Source: an uncultured Thermococci archaeon
GTDB lineage: Archaea > Methanobacteriota_B > Thermococci > Methanofastidiosales > Methanofastidiosaceae
DNA: 64,000 nt
Direction of reading: 5' to 3'
NCBI GenBank assembly: GCA_964500005.1
Contig: CAZCMP010000002.1
Span: 64,934 to 128,933, forward strand
This document shows, piece by piece, positions 41,432-51,830 of this stretch. Both the position numbers and the translations under genes were made by a program. The notes below the pieces were generated by a model, which was not told the DNA's origin, did no database searches, and saw only the letters and a program-made list of their open reading frames with translations. Within the stretch, counting starts at the first letter, position 1. Each line of letters opens with the position of its first letter.

Positions 41432-41911
41432 TTATTTAATTATGTTATCATATTTTCCTTCTTTTATCTCATTTTGCACTACTCTTGGATCTTTTCCTTC
41501 GCAGGTTACACCCATTGAAATACACGTTCCAAGAATCTCTTTAACTACGCCTGCAATACTAGGAGATAGTGAAGAAGGTTCCTTCATCTTGGCAATTTTA
41601 ACAAGTGCCTCTATACTGATGTCACCAACTTTACTTGAAGATGGGGTGGAAGATCCCTTTTCTAATTTAAGATCTTTAAGAACTAATGCGGATACTGGAG
41701 GAACGCCGACTTCAACTCTAAAGTTCTTTTTTTCGTCAACAAATATTTTCACAGGTACTTTCATTCCTTGAAAATCCTTTGTTTTCTCGTTAATTTCGGC
41801 GACAACCTTTCCGACATTAATACCAAGTGGACCTAAAGCAGGGCCTAAAGGTGGGCCTGCAGTAGCCTTTCCTCCATCAACAAGTGAGGTAACAGATCTC
41901 TCTTTTCCCAT
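41432..41911 (-). CDS. rpl11: 50S ribosomal protein L11
   Basis: GGKATAGPPLGPALGP, GTCISMGV. Confidence 0.97.
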   Translation of the reverse strand: MGKERSVTSLVDGGKATAGPPLGPALGPLGINVGKVVAEINEKTKDFQGMKVPVKIFVDEKKNFRVEVGVPPVSALVLKDLKLEKGSSTPSSSKVGDISIEALVKIAKMKEPSSLSPSIAGVVKEILGTCISMGVTCEGKDPRVVQNEIKEGKYDNIIK

Positions 41912-41921
41912 TATATCACCA

Positions 41922-42380
41922 CTAACTCTTTTTCTCTATAATCCTGACATAATCTCCTTTGACAGTAACTGGTATCGGAACCATTGCTTCAAGAAGTTCA
42001 ACTGTAAGTTCTTCTTTTCCTTTATCTACCCTTATTATCTTAGCTTTTTCGCCCTTAAATGGACCTGCTATTAACTCCACAATGTCTCCTTTAGCAAGAC
42101 CAGTTACCGATGGCTTAGCCTCTAAGAAATGTGTAATTTCATCAAAGGCAATTTTACCCTCAAGGATCCCTCTTACATTTCGAAGGCCTTGAATGGCTTC
42201 CTCTACAGCCCCTTTATCAATCGCCTCAATGAATACATACCCTTTTAAAGTTTCTGGTGCTAAAACTGCATAAACTTTAAGGTTGTTAGTTTTAACTTTC
42301 CCCTCTATCATCTTTGCTACATTCTGTTCTTGATTAACAGCTACCTTTAAGGCAAAGATTGGATTCTCGTCATCATCCAT
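41922..42380 (-). CDS. spt5: Transcription elongation factor Spt5
   Basis: NQEQNVA, KGYVFIE, KOW GDIVELIAGPFKG; likely start ATG 42380. Confidence 0.95.
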   Translation of the reverse strand: MDDDENPIFALKVAVNQEQNVAKMIEGKVKTNNLKVYAVLAPETLKGYVFIEAIDKGAVEEAIQGLRNVRGILEGKIAFDEITHFLEAKPSVTGLAKGDIVELIAGPFKGEKAKIIRVDKGKEELTVELLEAMVPIPVTVKGDYVRIIEKKS

Positions 42381-42455
42381 TACATTCTCTCCCGCGACAA
42401 CAACAAAAAACAAAGGTACTCAAAGATTTAAAAAGTTTAGCCTTGTAAAAAGGAA

Positions 42456-42659
42456 TTAAGCTCCAAAACTCTGTACTATAACTGAAAAGAATTTAAGTAC
42501 GTAACCAATTACTCCAATCAAAACTATTCCAAGTGCAGTAACTTTTGATGTAAGCAAATATTCCTTCCTTCCAGGCTTTTTGGCAAGCTTAAGTACTCTT
42601 GTGTACTCGGAAACCCGACTTCTTGCTCGTTCTTTAGTCTTTAAATTAACCTCTGCCAT
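42456..42659 (-). CDS. secE: Protein translocase subunit SecE
   Basis: RVLKLAKKPGRKEY plus TM helix; between ftsZ and spt5. Confidence 0.93.
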   Translation of the reverse strand: MAEVNLKTKERARSRVSEYTRVLKLAKKPGRKEYLLTSKVTALGIVLIGVIGYVLKFFSVIVQSFGA

Positions 42660-42683
42660 GAAGGTAATTATTAAGAATCCTTT

Positions 42684-43805
42684 TTAAATGTATTCTATTC
42701 CAAGATCTATTCCTCTAACAGGGGTTTCGCTTTCAATGAGCATCTCAGTTTCTTTTCTTCCGAATATGTATGGTGATTTGACTCCTGATAGAACTACCAT
42801 TACTCTAAGTCCATTTTTGATCTCTTCGTTTATCATTGCACCCCAAATAACTTGGGCATCTGGCTCAAGCTCATTTGTTACATGCTCTACAATCTTTTCT
42901 GCTTCTTCTAATTTCATATTAGAGCTTCCGGTTATGTTAATCAATGCTCCTTTGGCACCTGTTACATCTACATCGATTAGAGGGCTACTCAAAGCTTCAG
43001 TTATAGCTTCTTTTGCTCTATTTTCAGTGTCGGATTCTCCCATACCTATCATTGCCACGTCTCCTTCCCTCATTACAGATCTAACATCTGCGAAGTCAAC
43101 GTTTACTAATCCGGGCTTTGTAATTAATTCAGCTATCCCCCCAACAGCCCTTATAAGAATATCATCAGAAACTTTAAAAGCTGCATTTATGGGTAAACCT
43201 GGAGCTATATCCAGTAATTTATCATTCGGTATTACTATTACGGTATCGGTAACTTTTCTTAATCTTTCTAGTCCTTTTTCCGCATTTCTTTGTCTTCTTA
43301 AACCTTCAACAGTAAAAGGTAAAGTGACTACAGCAACAGTAAGCGCCCCAAGTTTTTTAGCAATTTCTGCTATTACTGGTGCAGAACCAGTTCCAGTACC
43401 TCCGCCTAAACCACATGTAACGAAAACCATATCGCTTCCTTCAAGGACGTCTTTAATTGTTCTTTCATCTTCTCTAGCAGATTCTTCACCCATTTTAGGG
43501 TCGTTGCCTGCTCCAAGTCCTCTTGTAACCTCTTTTCCAATCAAAATCTTTTTATCCGCTCTAGTGTCCAACAAGTCTTGGGCATCAGTATTAACTGCTA
43601 CTGCTTCTACTCCAACTACCCCAATTTCCATTAATCTGTCAATTGCATTGGAGCCAGCTCCTCCTGTTCCTATTACTTTAATCTTAGCTCTTGATTCCCT
43701 GAGTACTCTTTCAAGTTCCTCATCTACAGAAGTATAGCGATGATCTTTAACTATTTCTTTCTCTGTTACCGCCCTCTCAATAGCATCTTCAATAACAGAC
43801 CTCAT
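42684..43805 (-). CDS. ftsZ: Cell division protein FtsZ (FtsZ1 locus)
   Basis: GTGGAG, GLGAG, GGGTGTG, NVDFAD; ftsZ-secE-spt5 synteny. Confidence 0.98.
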   Translation of the reverse strand: MRSVIEDAIERAVTEKEIVKDHRYTSVDEELERVLRESRAKIKVIGTGGAGSNAIDRLMEIGVVGVEAVAVNTDAQDLLDTRADKKILIGKEVTRGLGAGNDPKMGEESAREDERTIKDVLEGSDMVFVTCGLGGGTGTGSAPVIAEIAKKLGALTVAVVTLPFTVEGLRRQRNAEKGLERLRKVTDTVIVIPNDKLLDIAPGLPINAAFKVSDDILIRAVGGIAELITKPGLVNVDFADVRSVMREGDVAMIGMGESDTENRAKEAITEALSSPLIDVDVTGAKGALINITGSSNMKLEEAEKIVEHVTNELEPDAQVIWGAMINEEIKNGLRVMVVLSGVKSPYIFGRKETEMLIESETPVRGIDLGIEYI

Positions 43806-43942
43806 TTAAATCCCCCTTATTATTAATGTAGTTACTTATTATTGGTAACATAAAACTCCTAGTTGTAATCTATATATGTTAATAGTATATAAAGCTTTTG
43901 CTTAATAATGATAGTTATAATGCTACTCTTTAGTGGTAATCC

Positions 43943-44782
43943 TTATTCTTTTACAATATCACTTGTTTTGACAAATGATATACCTCTATTTGTGAGTTTG
44001 TCTTTTAAAGTTGACCGTTCCTTAATGCCCTTCAAGTCTAAAAGAACCATATCTAGATGCCCACTTTTATTTATTAATTCAGAAAGTATTGAATCTGCAA
44101 CAGGAGTATTATATTTTGCTATTACGTGGCCTATTGCAATATCAGTATTCAACATTATTTCGGTAAATTTGGGGCAATAATGGCCACCGCCTATCCCTGC
44201 AGCGATCCTAAAAGATTTTTTACTATCGTTATATGAAAGAGATTTATAAATTGCTGAAGCGATTACTTCTCCGGCTTCTATTATACTCCAATGAGTTTCA
44301 TCACTTCCTATTTCAATAAAAGTTGTAGGAAGTCCTGTTAGAGGGCCATGGTGTGTGGCTTCGAGAGAAACTTCAAATGACGTTTCAAGTTCTTTTGATA
44401 AATTCATAATTTCATTTAATACTATTTTTTGAAATATTGGATTGGATGGCGAAACTTGGCCATCTTTGCCTCCGTAATCTGCTTTTCCAAAATTTCCAGG
44501 TGTATGGCATGTCAATGTTGGTATTTTTGTAACTGATTTGTGTCTTGTTGCAAAAAAAATGGAATCAATAGTTCCAAGATAGTAATCCTTAATTTCTTCT
44601 CGGATAATGATTTCTGGAAAGTCGGTATAAATAGTTTCATTCTTAATTTTTACGAGTAATGTGTCTTTTTTTTTATCGTAATGATAATGATTTTCAAGTT
44701 TTTCAAAAGGATAGTTTTGAAGTAATTTTTCTCGAATATTTTCCCCAGCTTTATCTAATTCTGAGCTTATTATTAATTTCAT
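43943..44782 (-). CDS. dtdA: D-aminoacyl-tRNA deacylase (DTD2)
   Basis: TRHKS, HTPGN, EATHHGP, FIEIGS, GIGGGHY. Confidence 0.93.
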   Translation of the reverse strand: MKLIISSELDKAGENIREKLLQNYPFEKLENHYHYDKKKDTLLVKIKNETIYTDFPEIIIREEIKDYYLGTIDSIFFATRHKSVTKIPTLTCHTPGNFGKADYGGKDGQVSPSNPIFQKIVLNEIMNLSKELETSFEVSLEATHHGPLTGLPTTFIEIGSDETHWSIIEAGEVIASAIYKSLSYNDSKKSFRIAAGIGGGHYCPKFTEIMLNTDIAIGHVIAKYNTPVADSILSELINKSGHLDMVLLDLKGIKERSTLKDKLTNRGISFVKTSDIVKE

Positions 44783-44846
44783 CTATAAACCCCAAAGATT
44801 AAAAATAACCACACTTATAATGTTTATAAATTTAATGAGGATATAA

Positions 44847-45416
44847 ATGGATCCTGAGCTAAAAAGAAAATTATTCCACGAGATCGGATTGCTAATTCCT
44901 ATAGTCTATATTTTTTTTGATAAGAAGGATGATGCAATATTTGTAATGTCAATCGTAGTTTTAATTTTCATATTTATGGAATTTTTGAGATTAAGGTACA
45001 ATTTTGGAAATGATTTTATACCAAAAGTTGTGGGAAAAACAGTTAGAGACTATGAAAAAGTTGAGCTATCTGCTGCAACATATTTTATCATTTCCTCATT
45101 TTTTACAGTCCTCCTTTTTGAAAAATACATTGCTATCGCTGCTATAAGCTACAATTCCATAGGGGATCTTTTTTCGGCCGTAATTGGGAAGAAGTATGGA
45201 AAAAGAAAATATATGGGTGGAAAGAAATCTTTAGAAGGAAGTCTTGCATGTTTTATGTCTTGTCTTATTATTGGACTTTTGATATTTAATCCAATGGTAG
45301 CTATAGCGGGCGCAATTGCTGCTACGTTTGCTGAGGGGTACCTCATCAAAGTAAATGATAATTTAACGATACCAATACTATCTGGGATAGTTCTTACCCT
45401 TGTATCTTTTCTTTGA
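44847..45416 (+). CDS. Dolichol/phytol kinase-like CTP-dependent membrane protein
   Basis: KRKLFH, GDLFSAVIGKKYG, KSLEGS, DNLTIP. Confidence 0.85.
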   Translation: MDPELKRKLFHEIGLLIPIVYIFFDKKDDAIFVMSIVVLIFIFMEFLRLRYNFGNDFIPKVVGKTVRDYEKVELSAATYFIISSFFTVLLFEKYIAIAAISYNSIGDLFSAVIGKKYGKRKYMGGKKSLEGSLACFMSCLIIGLLIFNPMVAIAGAIAATFAEGYLIKVNDNLTIPILSGIVLTLVSFL

Positions 45417-47052
45417 AAAAGTCAAATATTGTCGATATATCGATTTCAAATGCAGAAACTGGCATTTCAAGTTTGAAATTATATAAAACTTCAGGATTTA
45501 ATTCTCCCATTTTTCCGATATATTTTCCATTAATCTCTATAGAACAAGACCTTCCTGCAATGAAAAAAGGATAATCTTCTTCTTTTACGGAATATTCAAG
45601 CCCTAATGAGGATATTAGACCATTAAATACTCCTTTTATTTCGGAGAAATTTGCCTTTGGGTGACATATTGCACATGAGAGATATTGTCTTTCTATTAAA
45701 TTTTGGTCCGGTACAACTATTCCAACTTCAAATATATTCTGGGGATATTCATAGTGTGAATTAGAAACTAATGTTTTGATTAAAAGAGGCAATAAACTAC
45801 TTCTTATTGTATCAAATTCTGTATTTACTGCATTTCTAGTCTTTACAAGTTTTCTTGTATTGTCAAGCATTTTAGTAATTAAAACATCTTCATTTGAAAG
45901 AATGTAATTTTTAACTTCAAAGAAATTAAATCCTATCATTAAATCTTCTATTTTTCTTACGAAAATCTCGATAGGGTTTTCTTCTCCAATGGTTGCTATT
46001 TTTGGTATTTCCGGGATGAAATTTTCAAATCCATATGAGATTGAGATGTCCTCAACTAAATCTATGGGGTGTAGAATATCTGCCCTATAGGCAGGGATTT
46101 CTACAACAATTTTACCCTTAGATTTTGATGAGACCCCATATCTCATTTTTCTTAATAGATCTGCTGTTTCATTTTCAGATAAATTAAGTCCAAGAATTTT
46201 ATTTGAATATGAAGTTTCTAGTTCCATTTTTTTCCTATTTAAATCAGGGTAGATTAAATCTTTTCCTTCGTCATTTAATTTAATAGAATATATTTCTGCG
46301 CCCCTAATGAAAAGCCCCATCAGTATTATATTCAAAGCGTATTCAATGCTTTCTCTATGTGTTCCAGTGATGTCTATGAAAAGATTATTTGTTTTTTCAG
46401 TGACTTTTGTATGGTCTCCATTAATTATTGGTGGCATTGATAAAATTTGGCCAGCCTTATCTATCCAAACGGGACATTCCTTAAATTCTGACAAGAGATG
46501 TGCATAAGCTATTCCCTTAGGATGAATTTTTAGTATTTCATCTATAGTAAGATTTTTATCAAATTCTAGAGGGATAAATGAGAAATTTCTGGGCATCGTT
46601 GTGTATTTAATGGGGAATTTAATAGCATCTAAATCGTGCACCCCTATTGCAACTTTTTTTCTATTTCTCCCATGAGTAATATGAAGTTTTTCTTGGATTT
46701 GCATTAATGATCTAATAGTATTATCATCAAAATTTATACCTTTGACAATCGCACCGACTGCAAAAGGTCTTACAGATTTGACTTTTGGATCAACTACCCC
46801 CTCATAATTTGATTTATGAACTTTAAAGTCGACTGGGCCTTCCTCTATACCCATAAAGCCCTTCAATGCAGTAGTAAATCCTTCAATAGATAGCATATCC
46901 GGCCTATCTGGAAAAACTTCAACAACTATCTCCGGATTTACTGTTTCCAAGTCAGTACCAATCATGGATATTCTGTCACTCAACGTTTTGTCATCGACAG
47001 TCTTTCCTAGTAAGGATATGAATTCACTCTTATCAAAATTAACAGTTGGCAT
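45394..47052 (-). CDS. pheT: Phenylalanyl-tRNA synthetase beta subunit
   Basis: PDRPDMLS, QEKLH..GRNRKKVAIG, PPIING, YRADILH; likely start MPTV at 47052. Confidence 0.96.
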   Translation of the reverse strand: MPTVNFDKSEFISLLGKTVDDKTLSDRISMIGTDLETVNPEIVVEVFPDRPDMLSIEGFTTALKGFMGIEEGPVDFKVHKSNYEGVVDPKVKSVRPFAVGAIVKGINFDDNTIRSLMQIQEKLHITHGRNRKKVAIGVHDLDAIKFPIKYTTMPRNFSFIPLEFDKNLTIDEILKIHPKGIAYAHLLSEFKECPVWIDKAGQILSMPPIINGDHTKVTEKTNNLFIDITGTHRESIEYALNIILMGLFIRGAEIYSIKLNDEGKDLIYPDLNRKKMELETSYSNKILGLNLSENETADLLRKMRYGVSSKSKGKIVVEIPAYRADILHPIDLVEDISISYGFENFIPEIPKIATIGEENPIEIFVRKIEDLMIGFNFFEVKNYILSNEDVLITKMLDNTRKLVKTRNAVNTEFDTIRSSLLPLLIKTLVSNSHYEYPQNIFEVGIVVPDQNLIERQYLSCAICHPKANFSEIKGVFNGLISSLGLEYSVKEEDYPFFIAGRSCSIEINGKYIGKMGELNPEVLYNFKLEMPVSAFEIDISTIFDFFKEKIQG

Positions 47053-47057
47053 CTTAA

Positions 47058-48557
47058 TCATCCTTTAATCCAAATGGGTAATTTTCTCATCATTTCAAGG
47101 TCATTCGTATACTTCTGTCTGATATCAGTTAAATTGTAATATTCCATGATAAGTCGTCCAAATCCAGGCCCCCATGCAAGCACAGGAATATCTTTGCCCA
47201 AAAAAGGAACAACTACTTCAGGTCTAAAAATCCCCGCACCTAAAAGTTCTACCCATTCACCTTTATTTTTATTATATACATCTACCTCGATACTTGGTTC
47301 TGTGTAAGGGAAATATGCAGGTCTAAACCTTATTTTAGAATGGCCCATTTTATTTAAGAAACGTTTAAGGTATCCAAGAAGATGTTTAAAGTTAGCATCT
47401 TCATCTACTACTATCCCGTCCGTCTGATAAAATTCAAAAAGATGTTTCCAGTCAAGCTTTTCATTTCTAAATACTTTACCAACTGAAAAGAATTTTGCAG
47501 GCAAATCTTCAGATTTTAGATTGCTGAGGGTTCTTACAGATAAGGAAGTGGTGTGAGTTCTTAGAACATATTCTTCACTTGTTTTCTTATCCCAATTGTA
47601 GCCCCAGCCTTTTGAGTTTATGTCGCCTCCATGCTCATGCATAGCACAAATTTTTTCCGATAATCTTGATTCAATTTGCCCAAATCTGGGAAATTCAACG
47701 AAAAATGTATCTTGCATATCCCTAGCGGGATGATCCTGAGGTTGAAACAGCGCATCAAAAACCCAGAAAGATGTATCGATCATTGGGCCTGACATTTCTT
47801 TAAATCCCATCTCGAGCCATATTTTTCGGATATACTCTATTGCCTGATTTACAAAATGTTTTCTAGATGGGTACAATACTTTAACCTCTGAGGACACATC
47901 AAATCTCTTCAAACTGATATTTCTCCAGTTTTGATTTTTTATCATTTCAGGTGTTAATTCTGAGATTTCTTCTGTTATTTCTAGTCCTTTAGATACTTCT
48001 TCTTTTCCTAATTCAGTGAGATACACTTTTCTTACCGTATCTAATTTCTTTTCAACAAGTTTCCTTTTTACCAGAATATTTAACAAATTATCGTTAACTT
48101 TCTTTTTTTTAGAGATATCCTCTAGAGCTATTTCTTCAGGAGAGTTTTCATTCAAAGCTTTTATTCCTTTGTCTGTCAAAGAAAAAGACAGAGAATTATC
48201 AATTTTCTGGATAGATATCCATCCATTTCTTCTTGCTATCCCTATTGCAATATTTCTTTCTTCTTCAGAAAGTTCAATTTTATTTAAAGGAAGATTATCT
48301 AGGATTGCTTTGATAAATATTTTTTCTATTAGTCCTTTGGAGATACTTGTTTTGCCTTCATTTGTGAGTATGAAATTACTAACTCCTTTTTCATCAACTA
48401 GTACTAGATTCTTACTTGATAAATAAAGAAGTGTTCTCATTACTGCTACTTCAGGTAATTTAGATATCTTTGATATTTCCTCGGGATTAGATTCTCCATT
48501 TAAATCATTAAGTACTCCCAGAATTATCTTTTCTTGCTTTGAAAGCATTAAATTCAC
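47058..48557 (-). CDS. pheS: Phenylalanyl-tRNA synthetase alpha subunit
   Basis: QDHPARDMQDTF, LRTHTT, FRNE, YFPYTEPS, GAGIFRPE. Confidence 0.96.
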   Translation of the reverse strand: MNLMLSKQEKIILGVLNDLNGESNPEEISKISKLPEVAVMRTLLYLSSKNLVLVDEKGVSNFILTNEGKTSISKGLIEKIFIKAILDNLPLNKIELSEEERNIAIGIARRNGWISIQKIDNSLSFSLTDKGIKALNENSPEEIALEDISKKKKVNDNLLNILVKRKLVEKKLDTVRKVYLTELGKEEVSKGLEITEEISELTPEMIKNQNWRNISLKRFDVSSEVKVLYPSRKHFVNQAIEYIRKIWLEMGFKEMSGPMIDTSFWVFDALFQPQDHPARDMQDTFFVEFPRFGQIESRLSEKICAMHEHGGDINSKGWGYNWDKKTSEEYVLRTHTTSLSVRTLSNLKSEDLPAKFFSVGKVFRNEKLDWKHLFEFYQTDGIVVDEDANFKHLLGYLKRFLNKMGHSKIRFRPAYFPYTEPSIEVDVYNKNKGEWVELLGAGIFRPEVVVPFLGKDIPVLAWGPGFGRLIMEYYNLTDIRQKYTNDLEMMRKLPIWIKG

Positions 48558-49063
48558 TTCTTAATCTTCTTAAATTCAATAACACACGGCCCGCCATTTT
48601 TAAACTGTGGTTTATATTCCCACTTCTTTGATTCGCCGGGTTTTGAATGTTCTATTGCTCCAAGCATAGAAATAGCCCTAAGACACGCTAATTTTTCGAT
48701 TTTATCGTCATTAACTAACATGTTGCAATGCTCATTGTAAGGACATTTAAACACTGTATAAATGAAATTTTCGCTATCGCCCTCAATTTTATGATCTTTA
48801 ATATTCATGAAACCAGTTTTAGAAACTTCTTCCAAATACATCTTAGCAGCGTCAAATCCTTCAAGATCATATTTAAAATCTGCTCCAAGCTCTTTCCACT
48901 TATCAATAAAAGGTTTTAGAGAAATAATAATCCATTGCCTATAAAATGCTTCAGGTTTACCAAAAAAACTATTTGCTGTTTTTTCTATACCATAAACCCA
49001 TGCGTTCATAACAGTCATTACAGCATCTATTTTTCTCTTCTCATCTCCACATGTGTCAGACAA
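48554..49063 (-). CDS. Hypothetical Cys-containing protein with V4R/MetOD1-like layout
   Basis: TVFKCPY...C...ACLR...GPCVIEF spacing; TTG start after AGGTGA; 4-nt overlap with pheS. Confidence 0.55.
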   Translation of the reverse strand: MSDTCGDEKRKIDAVMTVMNAWVYGIEKTANSFFGKPEAFYRQWIIISLKPFIDKWKELGADFKYDLEGFDAAKMYLEEVSKTGFMNIKDHKIEGDSENFIYTVFKCPYNEHCNMLVNDDKIEKLACLRAISMLGAIEHSKPGESKKWEYKPQFKNGGPCVIEFKKIKK

Positions 49064-49210
49064 TTAAAATCACCTACTAATCTGCATAATGGACGAATAA
49101 TTGTTTATAAATCTTTTCTAATAAATAATTCTATAAATATTAAATAATTAAAGAAAAAATACTTAAATGGGAGGTATCAGCATTTAATATTTGTCAATGG
49201 AGAATTTTTT

Positions 49211-49398
49211 ATGTTGAGTTACGATTATATAGTTTTCTTAAACAATTTATTTGTATTAGTCTATTTGTATGGTGGAAATTGAGGTATGATATTATTGCAC
49301 TTTTAGTCTTCCTAACATTGCCTTTGAAAGGAATAGTGCCTATATCAAGTGCGTTTTATAGATTTAGTAATCCTGTGGTAGTCACTATTAATAAATAA
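49211..49398 (+). pseudogene. Frameshifted N-terminal remnant of an SLC13/CitMHS-like permease
   Basis: MLSYDYIVFL, then in another frame ISLFVWWKLRYDIIALLVFLTLPLKGIVPISSAFYRFSNPVVVTINK*. Confidence 0.55.
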
Positions 49399-49447
49399 TA
49401 GCAAAGTTTTAAAATAAAAAACTAAAATGAATATATAGTTGATTTTT

Positions 49448-50053
49448 ATGATCGGAAGGAATACACATATGGTCCAATGTAGAATGGGCGGCGGTATGGG
49501 TCTTGGAGGAGGACTTGCACAAAGGGGTACTTTTGCAGATGCGGGTAGGGACATTATAGCAGTGGCAATGAGCCCCGGAAGAAGGCATATTACTAAGCCT
49601 ATATGCGAGATAACTTATGCGATGAGAGAAGCGGGGATTAAAACAAGTGTTATGGTATTAAATGCGGGCAATGGTGTTCCTCCCGAAGCTCCTGCATCAG
49701 GAGTGAGCGTTCTATTTGGTATCGAAGAAAAAGAAATTGAAATATTAAATGAATTTAAGCTTGCAATAATACATCTCGGAAATATTAGAACACATGTTGT
49801 CTACAAAGCCAAATTTATTCTAGACCTTGCTCCAGTTGATGCAATAATTGCATGCCAAGCACCTGTTGTTTTTGAAGATTTTGAGAAAATAGGAGTAAAG
49901 ACTATTAATAACGATAAAGGAACTACAAAAGGAAGAGTAGTCGATATAGTTAATGGTATAATAAGAGGCCAAAGTTGCCCTCAAGAAAAACTTGACGAAA
50001 TTATTTCAAAAGTAAAAAGAAACGTTCATCATGATAGCAATAGTATTCGATAA
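49448..50053 (+). CDS. mcrC: MCR operon protein C
   Basis: MIGRNTH.V.CR..G.G.GGGLAQRGT, AMSPGRRHITKPICEIT, VLNAG.G.P, HLGN, RGQSCP. Confidence 0.95.
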   Translation: MIGRNTHMVQCRMGGGMGLGGGLAQRGTFADAGRDIIAVAMSPGRRHITKPICEITYAMREAGIKTSVMVLNAGNGVPPEAPASGVSVLFGIEEKEIEILNEFKLAIIHLGNIRTHVVYKAKFILDLAPVDAIIACQAPVVFEDFEKIGVKTINNDKGTTKGRVVDIVNGIIRGQSCPQEKLDEIISKVKRNVHHDSNSIR

Positions 50054-50831
50054 ATCTGGAACACTTATTGATACCAAAAGAGTATCAAAAGATTTGGAAA
50101 AAAATGATTTTATTTATCACAAATCATGTCTAGAGCTAATTGAAGATAATCCAGATCTTTTTCTAGTGACAATATCAACTGATCCAAGATGTACATTTTT
50201 ACAAGAAGACCCTAAAAAAGATCTCAAACGTTCAATTAAAGAACTAAATATAGGATTTGAAGTGGTCTATAAAGGTGCTAACGCAACTGTAGACAAAAAC
50301 AAAATACTTGAGTGGGCAGAAAAAATAACTATTGGAGAAGTTAATGAAACTCTAAAAAAACTAAAAAAAGAATTTGATATTTGTACATTAGTTGGATGTG
50401 GAATTGTTGCAAATTCTAAAAAAGAAAAAATAATCTATTTAGTAGCCTCTTCTGGGAAAATAAAAGAAGGTGTTTTTGAATTATTTGATTTCTTACAATC
50501 AGAAGGAATGGACATTTATCTTGCAACAGGGGATAATCCTTGTTCAGTATACCCTCTCGCAAAAAGACTTGGCATAATGGATAATTTTGTTTTCCCGCAA
50601 GTAGACCCAGACGGAAAGAGAAAAATTATATCAAATCTAAAAAAGACCTATGAGCAAGTGATAATGGTGGGTGATGATATTAATGATAAAGGCGCTTTTG
50701 AAGAGGCCGATTTAAGTTTTTTAATATTGGAAAGCGACGCAAAGAGAAAAAATGAGTTAAAAACAATAGTGGATTATACAATAAGCGAACCCTTAGAGAT
50801 AAGGGGTATACTAAAGAGATTCAAGATTTAG
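50031..50831 (+). CDS. HAD hydrolase, soluble P-type-ATPase-like
   Basis: VFDKSGTL, LATGD, K, MVGDDIND motifs; no TM segments. Confidence 0.85.
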   Translation: MIAIVFDKSGTLIDTKRVSKDLEKNDFIYHKSCLELIEDNPDLFLVTISTDPRCTFLQEDPKKDLKRSIKELNIGFEVVYKGANATVDKNKILEWAEKITIGEVNETLKKLKKEFDICTLVGCGIVANSKKEKIIYLVASSGKIKEGVFELFDFLQSEGMDIYLATGDNPCSVYPLAKRLGIMDNFVFPQVDPDGKRKIISNLKKTYEQVIMVGDDINDKGAFEEADLSFLILESDAKRKNELKTIVDYTISEPLEIRGILKRFKI

Positions 50832-51826
50832 AAGTACATATCGAGAGTTTTTTGTTTTAGAGTATTCTCAAGAGAAAATTCTATTCGTTCTATACCTTTT
50901 TCTACTCTAAGTTCAGAAAACTCATATTTGTCACATAGAATCTTTAATATTTTGTCTTTATCTGGTTTTTGAAAAGAAATATTATAATTATCAGAAACTT
51001 CTGGATTTAAAAATAGATTTAAAATTTGATCGAACTCCCCATATTCGCCAAATTTACCATCTTTTACTATCTCAATAGCTTTTTTTGGACCAATTCCTTT
51101 TATACCTCCAGGATTATAATCAGTCCCAATAAGTATGGCAGCTTCAATCAACTGCCTCCTTGAAATCTTGAGCGAATTTAAAACAATATCATTATCTATA
51201 ATTTCAGGCACAACATCAACAAACAAGTCCTTGCCAGGAACTTTTCTTTTACCCGATATTGTTAGATTTCTTACTAATGAGGGGGTTCCAAATAGAATTG
51301 AGTCATAATCCTGTGATGCAGATAAATCGGCATCGCCCTTTAGCACGACATGTGCAGCTTGGGCTTCACCTTCTGAAGGCGCTTCGATATAAGGAATCCC
51401 CATTGAATTCAAAAGTTCTTTAGAACTAGTTATCATATCGACTTTCAGAGAAGAAGTCATTTGAGAATATTTTTTTGCTTCTTTTAGATCTCCTCTCGAC
51501 TTAGCATCGATATATTTTTCCTTCGCTTCTTCTTTAATTTCTTTTCTTTTTTCAATTGTTTGAAATTTCAATTCAGGTGGTTTGCCATCGAAAACATAAA
51601 TCGGTCTAATCCCTTGTTCAATAAAATTAACAGTCCGATAAAAAAGACCCGATAAATGAGATGTTACTTCCCCTCCTGAATTTTTTAATGGTGTTCCATC
51701 TCTTTGTCTTATTATAGATAAAAATTGGTAAAGTGCGTTATATGCATCAATAGCAACGCTCTTACCTTTTAAATCAGAAATATCGATTTTCTGTTTGGGA
51801 ACTATTTCTCCCAGATTTACACCCAT
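50828..51826 (-). CDS. fen: Flap endonuclease 1
   Basis: DAYNALYQFL, EGEAQAA, SQDYD, GTDYNP.G, PIP box KQKTLDMYF. Confidence 0.97.
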   Translation of the reverse strand: MGVNLGEIVPKQKIDISDLKGKSVAIDAYNALYQFLSIIRQRDGTPLKNSGGEVTSHLSGLFYRTVNFIEQGIRPIYVFDGKPPELKFQTIEKRKEIKEEAKEKYIDAKSRGDLKEAKKYSQMTSSLKVDMITSSKELLNSMGIPYIEAPSEGEAQAAHVVLKGDADLSASQDYDSILFGTPSLVRNLTISGKRKVPGKDLFVDVVPEIIDNDIVLNSLKISRRQLIEAAILIGTDYNPGGIKGIGPKKAIEIVKDGKFGEYGEFDQILNLFLNPEVSDNYNISFQKPDKDKILKILCDKYEFSELRVEKGIERIEFSLENTLKQKTLDMYF

Positions 51827-51830
51827 AAGG

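Noticed and set aside
42688..43737. 349-aa plus-strand ORF
   Set aside because: Antisense shadow of ftsZ with Ser/Ile/Pro-rich composition and no motifs. The same applies to the many shorter antisense ORFs over fusA, rpo, mcr, minD and the r-protein genes.
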